Assembly: GCA_918797485.1 (NCBI GenBank)
Contig: CAKKNE010000006.1
Span: 310,001-374,000, forward strand
From: Pelagomonas calceolata
Lineage: Eukaryota
Length of the DNA: 64,000 nt
Reading direction: 5' to 3'
Shown here: positions 56,401-64,000 of the stretch, piece by piece
Layout: each line of letters opens with the position of its first letter
How positions within the stretch are numbered: the stretch's first letter is position 1
Program-made: the position numbers and the translations under genes
The notes under the pieces: generated by a model
Told to the model about the DNA's origin: nothing
Database searches by the model: none
Seen by the model: the letters and a program-made list of their open reading frames with translations, nothing else

Positions 56401-56987
56401 CCGATCTGGACGAGGCGCAGGAGACCCTCGCTGAGGAATCTGAACGACGGCAAGCGGCGGAAGCGGCGTTGGCCGCGAAAGGGGGCTGGTCCGCGGACCT
56501 CGATCGCATTCGCGACGCCGAGGCCCGAGCAGAAGCGTTGGGGCGGGAGTTGGAAGATGCGCGATTGAAGGCCGCGGCTCTCCAAGCTGAATTAGATGCG
56601 CCGTCGGAGCTCGACGCGCTCGCGGGCGAGTTGCGGGCCGAGGCGGCCGTCGCCACTCATTTAGCTGACCTCCACCCCGAAGTACCACCACAATCGCTGG
56701 AGAAGTTCGACGAGGAGTGGCGCCAGTTGGAAGATGAACATAACGATCTCTTGGCGTTGTTGGCGCAGCAGGAACTGGAAAAAACGGCCATGGCGGAATT
56801 GCTGTCGTCGCGCATCGGTCCCGAAGCCGTGGTCGAAGTGAAGGAGAAGGCGCGCGTCGACTGCGAAGCTCGATATGGGTCGTACGTGGACTACGCGCAG
56901 GACGACGTCAACGCTTTGCAGCGGGCCGAGGAGGAGCTCGAGGGGTTCGTCGCGTCCGCCTCGGAAGAAGTGGCGCCGGTAATGTGA
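50487..56987 (+). CDS. USO1: USO1/p115-like vesicle tether (armadillo head plus coiled coil) with two Tudor domains. Intron 52247-52423
   Basis: Head motifs PAGAARLLD..RDAVRN, LICRWL..C, GLSCLALGLC; C-terminal EHNDLLALLAQQE; a 177-nt GT-AG intron joins two same-frame ORFs. Confidence 0.78.
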
Positions 56988-57792
56988 TGGAGTATCTTTC
57001 TTTTTGCTTCCCTTCCCCCGTGTTCCCGGTCGAACCGCGGGGAAGGGGTGCGGCTGCGTCGTGGCGTAGGGGTTTGATTTTTCTCTACGGTGTTCTTATG
57101 AGCTAGGCCTGGGGAGGGGTCCAGGCGCGAGCGCAGTAGGCCGAAGCTATGCCTCAGGCGGAGGCGGAGGCGGAGGGCCCGAGGCCGCGCGGGCGGCTTT
57201 CAAGACAAACGATGCCTTGCGCTCGATGCTGCTGGGTCGCAAGCGAAGCGCTCACTTTTCTTGGGAAATTGGACGTACGACACCTTCTTGCTGTAGAGCC
57301 CCTCCACTAATACTCGGACGTGGTCGGCGGCCACCTTTACTACTTGACACTTTCTTAAGTGCCCACAAGCAAGAGCGACCTTCTCGCACGCAGATTCGAA
57401 GCCCTCGTCGGGCAAGGCATCACGTCGTCGTCCGCATCGGCCGCGGTGATGTCGCCGGCGAGGAGGCGGTCGACTCCATTGTCTGATGCGGACGACATGA
57501 TAGCTCCTGATCGCCCAGTAGCCGCTCTCAGACGCTCGCAGAACAGAGGTCTCGCGACGACTGCAGCCTCTCAATGTTCAGGGCTCTCCCAGCGAGGTGC
57601 ACACCTCAGAGCGTTCGATCCGGCCGTGACGCGTATGAAACGTGCCGCTTAGTCAATGCCTACGCACAAACTGTCGCAGAGACGAGGCTGTCGGATCTCA
57701 CCGTGAAACCTTGATGGGAAACCCGTTTTTTGTTGTCCTGATATTATAACCCCATCGACGAACGCCTGACTAACAGAACTAGCCCCCCAACT

Positions 57793-59911
57793 CTAGTCAA
57801 TCGTCTCCTCAAAAGCCTCAAGCGCCCCCTTTGCACTCGTCGCCGCCGTGTCCGGAAACCGCCGCGTCGTCCCGACACGCGCGGGAAACCCCATCGCGCT
57901 CTCGTTCAAATACGCGCCCGACCCCGGCGGCAGCCCGAACCGTCCGTCGAAGCAGCCGCCCAACGGGAACCGGAGCGCCGCGTCCCAGTACGGCGCCCAC
58001 TCCGCGGCGGGCCGCTTGCCGTCCATGGACGTGAACTCGGGCCAGTGCGCGTCCATGTCCGACGCGAGCTTGTACTGGTGCAGGTACCAGCGCCTGTGCA
58101 TAAATCAAATCCTCGGCCGCGTCTCCGCAACCGCTGGATCATGGCCTCCACGCCATCGACGCGACGCCTGCTCGACGGCGTGTGGAGGTGCTGGTTCCTC
58201 ACCGCTCGACGGAGCCAGCACGGCCGCGTTCTCGTGCATCCGACTCACTGGTTGATTTATGCACGGACCAGCGCGCGAGGCACCGCTCGGCGGGCGCCGT
58301 CCGCGGCTGCGCCGCGCGCAGCGCCTCGAGCCGCGCGAAGTGCCCGCGGAGATTCTTTCGCGTGATGTTGCGGCCGAACCGGTCCGTGTAGTACAGGATC
58401 CACTCGCGCGTCTCCTCGTCGCGGCGCACGCCCTGCTTCGCGAACCCGGCCTGCGCCTCGCGCTCGTAGGTCACTTTGTAGGCGAGCGCCGACGTTTTCG
58501 CCCGGCCGGACCGGTGGTCGATGGGGTCGACGATTTGCACGTACCGCTCTAATTTCCTGCACAAATCAACCAGTGAGTCGGGCGTACCCGATAATCTTCG
58601 CAAAGTTGCGCGGTCAGAGAGGTGTCGCGTCGATGGCGTGCAGCGAAGCGCCGCGGAATTTGATTTATGCACTGCTACTTGCTCCGACTCGATCAACGTC
58701 TTCAGGTCGGGGTTCGAGGCCAGCAGCTCCGCCTCGAAGCCGCGGACGCGCTTCAGCCAGTGCACGAGCGCGGGCCAGACCATGCCGTACATCGTGTACT
58801 TCGTCGTCAGCCGCGCAAAGTCGCGGAGGTGCGGCCACTCGAAGACGACGGCGTCGGCGAGGGGCCGCGACACGAGGCTGAACGTGTCGTCGTAGTGGCA
58901 GTACCGCCGCAGGCCCAGGACGAAGGGCTTCGCTGATGCGGGCACCGCCGCGAGGGCCGTCACCAACGAGTCAAGACACAACATCGCGTCGGGCTCGACG
59001 CGCAGGACGTACTCGGCCCGCGGCGCCGACCGCAGCGCGACCCAGAACGCCGCCGTCACGAGGTCCCGCCAGTACTTGCGCGGCATCATCTGCGCGCAGC
59101 GCTGGGACCGGATGCGGATGTCGCCGCAGTCCGCAATGGATCGTAGCCGCGGCGCCTGTGCACAAATCAAATAAAATATCGCCCGCCTTCGTGCTGAATC
59201 ATGACCTCCACGCCATCGACGCGACGTCTGCGCGAGGACGGGTCTCTCACCGCTCGATTCAGTCAGCACCGCGGCATCGTCACAGAGAAACGTTTCTGGA
59301 GGCGTATATCTGCCCCCGACTTGCCGATTGATTTCCACACAGCTCGATGCCTCGGTCGCGTACTCGGACACGTCCGTGCCGGCGACGGCCGCCATGTCCG
59401 CGTTCTCGACGTAGCGCAGGCGCGTCGTGTCGAGGCGCTTCTTGTTGAGGGCGTGGTCGTGCCGGTCGGCGACGAAGATGACGGCCGCGCGGCCTGTTTT
59501 TACTGCCTCAGTCTGCTGGAGCCGGCGATCCACGACCGCCATCAGATCCGTCTCCGACACGACGAGCAGCGCCACGACGCATTTCGTGGCGCTGAGCACG
59601 GGCAACGGCGCGGCGGCGGCGCGCTTTGCTAGCACGCCGGCGCGTAACCGCACCGCTTGTCGTCGATCGGGAGTGGTAGTGACGCGCTGTGCCAGCATGC
59701 CGCCGCGCGCCCGCACCGCGCCCCGTCGATCGGGCGCCGCGGCCGGAGCTGCAGTCGTCGGCACTTGAGTAGGTCCCACGGGCGTCGGCGCGCGCGTCGG
59801 CGCCGGCATCCGTCGGCTGCGATGCTGCTGCTGCCGGCGCAGGAACTTGTCGATGCTGCTGCCCTTTTTGGCCGTGCAGAGGTGGATGCAGAGGAGCAGT
59901 CCCAGCATCAT
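57793..59911 (-). CDS. Secreted/type II protein, weakly glycosyltransferase-like; paralog A with 3 introner introns. Exons 59911-59351, 59155-58683, 58556-58275, 58093-57793
   Basis: Spliced CDS of 1617 nt is colinear and near-identical with the intronless paralog 60125-61672; signal peptide; AEYVLRVEPDAMLC resembles a GT-A DxD region. Confidence 0.8.
58094..58266 (-). mobile_element. Introner element (GCATAAATCAA TIR variant); GC-AG intron 58094-58274
   Basis: Perfect TSD ACCAGCGC; single copy of the site in the paralog at 60418-60425. Confidence 0.95.
58557..58674 (-). mobile_element. Introner element; GC-AG intron 58557-58682
   Basis: TSD CTAATTTC / CTACTTGC; empty site CCAATTTC in the paralog at 60709-60716. 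Confidence 0.9.
59156..59342 (-). mobile_element. Introner element; GC-AG intron 59156-59350
   Basis: TSD CGCGGCGC / CTCGATGC; empty site in the paralog at 61182-61189. Confidence 0.9.
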
Positions 59912-60053
59912 AATTGCAGATCAATTGTTTTTATCGATTGCGGGGCATCGTGGGCTGCCCTTCTTGCATCAGTGTGGCGTGCGTGGAGCCCAAAGCAAAC
60001 GCTGCCCGAAGCTGTCGGCTTTGAAACGCCGCGGCGCCGGCTGCCTGCTGGTT

Positions 60054-60077
60054 GCTAGTATCTTACAGGCCGCTAGC
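60054..60077 (+). promoter_or_regulatory. Intergenic GCTAG..CGCTAGC motif copy
   Basis: GCTAGTATCTTACAGGCCGCTAGC, ~140 bp upstream of ATG 59911. Confidence 0.6.
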
Positions 60078-60124
60078 CCGGGCTGCCCCGCGCAAATGTA
60101 GCTTAAAACTTTAGCCCCCCGACC

Positions 60125-61672
60125 CTAGTCAATCGTCTCCTCAAAAGCCTCAAGCGCGGCCGCCATACTCGTCGCGGCCGTGTCCGGAAACCGCCGCGTC
60201 GTCCCGACTTTCAAAGGGAACCCCATCGCGCTCGCGTTCAGGTACGCGCCGACCCCGGGCTTCCCTTGGAACCGCGCGTCGAAGCAGCCGCCGAGCGGGA
60301 GGCGGCGCGCCGCGTCCCAGTACGGCGCCCAGTCCGCGGCGGGCCGCCTGCCGTCCATGGACGTGAACTCGGGCCAGTGCGCGTCCATGCCCGCCGCGAC
60401 CTTGTACTGGTGCAGGTACCAGCGCGCGAGGCACCGTTCGGCGGGCGCCGTCCGCGGCTGCGCCGCGCGCAGCGCCTCGAGCCGCGCGAAGCGCTGGTTC
60501 GGGGGGAACTTCTTCCGCGTGACGTTGCGGCCGAACCGGTCCGTGTAGTACAGGATCCACTCGCGCGTCTCCTCGTCAAATCGCACGCCCTTCTTCGCGA
60601 ACCCGGCCTGCGCCTCGCGCTCGTAGGTCTTTTTGTACATTGCCGCCGACGTTCTGGGATTACGGCCGGTGTGGTGGTCGATGGGGTCGATGATTTGCAC
60701 GTACCGCTCCAATTTCTCCGACTGGATCAACGTCTTCAGGTCGGGGTTCGAGGCCAGCAGCTCCGCCTCGAAGCCGCGGACGCGCCTCAGCCAGTGCACG
60801 AGCGCGGGCCAGACCATGCCGTACATCGTGTACTTCGTCGTCAGCCGCGCAAAGTCGCGCAGGTGCGGCCACTCAAAGACGACGGCGTCGGCGAGGGGCC
60901 GCGACACGAGGCTGAACGTGTCGTCGTAGTGGCAGAACCGCCGCAGGCCCAGGACGAAGGGCTTCGCTGATGCGGGCACCGCCGCGAGGGCCGTCACCAA
61001 CGAGTCAAGACACAACACCGCGTCGGGCTCGACGCGCAGGACGTACTCGGCCCGCGGCGCCGACCGCAGCGCGACCCAGAACGCCGCCGTCACGAGGTCC
61101 CGCCAGTACTTCCGCGGCATCATCTGCGCGCACCGCACGGACCGGATGCGGATGTCGCCGCAGTCCGCGATCTCGCGCAGCCGCGGCGCCTCGGTCGCGT
61201 ACTCGGACACGTCCGCGCCGGCGACGGCCGCCATGTCCGCGTTCTCGACGTAGCGCAGGCGCGTCGTGTCGAGGCGCTTCTTGTTGAGGGCGTGGTCGTG
61301 CCGGTCGGCGACGAAGATGACGGCCGCGCGGCCGTCGCGCACCGCGGCGGTCTGCTGGAGCCGCCGGTCGACGACCGCCATCAGATCCGTCTCCGACACG
61401 ACGAGCAGCGCCACGACGCATTTCGTGGCACTGAGCACGGGCAACGGCGCGGCGGCGGCGCGCCGTGCGAGCACGCGCGCGCGGGCCCGCACGACGCCCC
61501 GCCGATCGGGCGCAGCGACGGGCGCCGCCGTCGTCGTCGGCGCGCGCGTCGGTGCCGGCGTCCGTCGGCCGCGATGCTGCTGCTGCCGGCGCCAGAACTT
61601 GTCGCGGCTGCTGCCCTTTTCGGCTCCTGTGGTGCTGCAGAGGTGGATGCATAGGAGTGCTGTCAATTTCAT
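60125..61672 (-). CDS. Intronless paralog B of the 57793-59911 gene
   Basis: 515-aa ORF with a signal peptide; tandem duplicate that includes ~70 bp of upstream sequence. Confidence 0.85.
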   Translation of the reverse strand: MKLTALLCIHLCSTTGAEKGSSRDKFWRRQQQHRGRRTPAPTRAPTTTAAPVAAPDRRGVVRARARVLARRAAAAPLPVLSATKCVVALLVVSETDLMAVVDRRLQQTAAVRDGRAAVIFVADRHDHALNKKRLDTTRLRYVENADMAAVAGADVSEYATEAPRLREIADCGDIRIRSVRCAQMMPRKYWRDLVTAAFWVALRSAPRAEYVLRVEPDAVLCLDSLVTALAAVPASAKPFVLGLRRFCHYDDTFSLVSRPLADAVVFEWPHLRDFARLTTKYTMYGMVWPALVHWLRRVRGFEAELLASNPDLKTLIQSEKLERYVQIIDPIDHHTGRNPRTSAAMYKKTYEREAQAGFAKKGVRFDEETREWILYYTDRFGRNVTRKKFPPNQRFARLEALRAAQPRTAPAERCLARWYLHQYKVAAGMDAHWPEFTSMDGRRPAADWAPYWDAARRLPLGGCFDARFQGKPGVGAYLNASAMGFPLKVGTTRRFPDTAATSMAAALEAFEETID

Positions 61673-61919
61673 TAGTGGTGTCGAGCAGTTGTTTTTATCG
61701 ATTGCTGGGCATCGTGGGGCTGCCTCTTTTGCATCTGTATGGCCCGCAAAGGCTGCGGTTTCTTACGCGCGGGTTTTGTCCTACGCTATCCCTGGAGTTT
61801 TTGGATTGTTAGACCACTTCCGGGCAGGCCGGTACGCGATACTTCGCGAGGGTCGACGCCCCACTTCGTGGCGGGGGACCGGAGGAGACCTGGACGCCTC
61901 CGGTATTCGTGACGCGCGC

Positions 61920-63831
61920 CTAATACGCGGCGTCGGCCTTGGCCGATTCGGCCTCCTTGGCGAGGAAGTCGGTGTGTTCTTGGAAGGGCGCCTTGCTGAA
62001 GACCTAAGTAGAGAACGACGAGTGAGTGAAATTTTCGACTCTCGACGGCCCTCGGCGTCCATAAAATGAAATGCTGACTCTGGCACTCGCCGTAGGCTTC
62101 CATAACTCGGGCGACAAGTAGCCGTACGAGGCCGACACCGCGTTGAAAACAGCGGTAATAAAGTTGCCCGTCGTGCGCGAGTGGCCGCGCGTCGTGGAGT
62201 AGCAGTCCTGCGTGCAAAGGAGTGAGTTGGCGTTTCGCGTCATGGATGCGGCGGCCGCTAAATAGCTGGCCCGCCCCCGCCGCGACTCGAAGGCCTCATT
62301 AGTTGTTGGACGCAGCTGCTGACCTCGAGGCCAGCCATGGCGAGGATCTTCTTAGAGGCCGGGGCGGCGACGAGGCCCGTGCCGCGCGGCGCCGGGATAA
62401 GACGCACGCTAACGCTACCACAGGTACCGGAGAGCTTCATGGGGATCGTGTGAGGAAGCCCGGAATTTTTACTGTGTAGATCAACCAGTGAGCGATGCAA
62501 CGTTTACAGCCCCGCGGAGACTCTCTCGAAGTGGCAGACGCGTCGATTCTCGTTTTCTGACGCTGTCGCGGACCCCCAGTAGCCGCGGCGGATCGGCACG
62601 AGGTGCATCTTGGCCATGATAAGAGCGCCTCTAATGGCCGTAGCGACCTGTGCGCAAATCAATCAGTGAGTCGGGTGCGCGTCGATGGCGTGGAGGTCAT
62701 AATTCAGCAGTGGACGTGCCGCGACAATTTGATTTAAGCGCAGGTAGCGACCTCCGAGGAGCACTTCTTGCCGAGGCCGATGTGGCCGTCGAAGTCGCCG
62801 ACGGCGACGTAGGCCTCTGCGTGGAGTAAAAACGGTGAGTTTCGGCGAAGGCTGACGTTTACGTCAACATCGACGTTGAAGGCGAGGACGCTGGCAAATA
62901 CTGAATCTAGTTCTCTGGCCAGCCGACGACTGCTTCTGAACGGGCTTGATGGTCATCACCTCGTCTTTGAGCTTTCCAGCGGTCGGCGGGAAGAAGTGGT
63001 CCACCTGCGAGAGGAATACGAGCGGTGACCGCGCGCTTAGCTGGGGCTGGGGGGCGGTTAAACCGTCTACGCAAAGGTGCGTCGACGTTGCGTAGATCGA
63101 AGGCGCCTATCTCGGCGCCGAGACGGCACAATCTGGTGCTCCTTGATCGGCATCGAGTGAAGGAAGATTTCCTGTGCGAAAAAACGGGTCGCGAAAACGC
63201 TCCGCGACGCCTAGACTCTCTCATGATCACGAAGACGGCGTCGAGGCGACGTGGTCTCGTGAAGACGCCATCGCCGCGCCGCCCCGGCGAGTTAAAAATT
63301 CATTTTCTGCTCCGGTGCTGACCTCGAGCGAGCGGATTCTGCCCTCCTTCACGAGGCGGCCGAGCTTGGTGACGGGGATCTGTGTGGAAATCAACCGGTT
63401 AGCGTCACGTCATTTTGGCGTGGCGGTCTACGCGTCTATTCAGAAGGCGCGATGAAAAGATTATCCGCACTGCGTTTTGCCCATTCGTCCTTATCGTCGC
63501 CCCCGCGCCTGAGTATATCGACCAGTGAGTTCGCTGCGCCATTGTGTCGATGTCGGCGAAAAAACGCAACCGTATCTGGAAAAACGCGGCCGTTTCTGGG
63601 AAAACGCAGCCACTTGGATACTTTTCGACGCAGCGGTGGTATAGCTTGCTCGATAAGGCGCTCTGCGCCCACTGGAAGCATTGTAGTGAAGGCACCTTCG
63701 ATTTAAGCACTGCGGATTTACCCTCTGCCACGTCCGCGGCCGCGGCCGCGGCCCCGGCCGTCGCGGCCGCGGCCGAAGCCGCCGCGCCCGCCGCGCCCTT
63801 CGCCTCTACCTTCTCCAGGAGGTCCGCCCAT
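61920..63831 (-). CDS. RPS2: 40S ribosomal protein S2 (uS5), 10 exons: 63831-63722, 63508-63481, 63379-63323, 63171-63130, 63004-62902, 62816-62752, 62647-62574, 62471-62324, 62207-62091, 62003-61920
   Basis: Exons total 828 nt and read RG-rich N-terminus, [87 protein letters not shown]. Confidence 0.93.
62648..62743 (-). mobile_element. Introner element in RPS2; GT-AG intron 62648-62751
   Basis: Perfect TSD GTAGCGAC (62640-62647, 62744-62751); TIRs CTGTGCGCAAATCAA / TTGATTTAAGCGCAG. Confidence 0.93.
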
Positions 63832-64000
63832 GCTGCTGTATGATATCTGGCCTGCGGGGACGATCGGTTAGCGCCGCGTCATCTCGTATTGCTCTCTTTG
63901 CGGCGACGGCGCTCTCTCGCGTGCAGACTGTGCTGCAGCAGTCACGGGTGACGTCTCGTAAGCTCTGCCGAGCCGGCGCAGCGTCGACGGCGTCAACGAG

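Noticed and set aside
57010..57047. GC-rich hairpin after the USO1 stop as a terminator or SECIS element
   Set aside because: Eukaryotic context, no SECIS core (ATGA/AA/GA) recognised, and no in-frame Sec-type TGA in the gene
57200..57574. Possible Tudor-knot-like gene fragment (KCQVVKV..VRVLVEG) on the minus strand
   Set aside because: No in-frame ATG, would need a frameshift, and the similarity is too weak to support

Overview
GC-rich, gene-dense eukaryotic nuclear DNA. The introner family, stramenopile-type genes and very short intergenic spacers point to a pelagophyte alga (Pelagomonas/Aureococcus-like; inference). About 33 protein-coding loci are supported, including NDC80, CNS1/TTC4, WBP11, polyubiquitin, a lipase maturation factor, a JmjC demethylase, RED/IK, GDP-mannose 3,5-epimerase, ClpS, a riboflavin deaminase, USO1/p115 and RPS2. 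Many ORF breaks are explained by introner elements. These are 57-202 bp non-autonomous DNA transposons with CTGTG-N3-AAATCAA terminal inverted repeats and 8-bp target-site duplications (TSDs), and they are predicted to splice as GT-AG or GC-AG introns. Highlights: (1) a ~24-bp GCTAG..TTACA..CGCTAGC motif found 13 times, only between genes; (2) a tandem gene pair in which one copy has three introners and the other has the empty sites, with one TSD copy changed to a GCAAGT donor; (3) an RPS2 gene with 9 introns in 828 coding bp; (4) a ubiquitin-like/eL41 fusion; (5) unusual domain architectures (F-box + RPA32C, TMEM65 + cNMP + TerB-like, USO1 + two Tudor domains, a cysteine-less radical SAM fold); (6) a separate 724-bp element with perfect 25-bp inverted repeats. 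All gene models and domain calls were made by eye from frame, splice signals and recognised motifs; no database search or RNA data was used.
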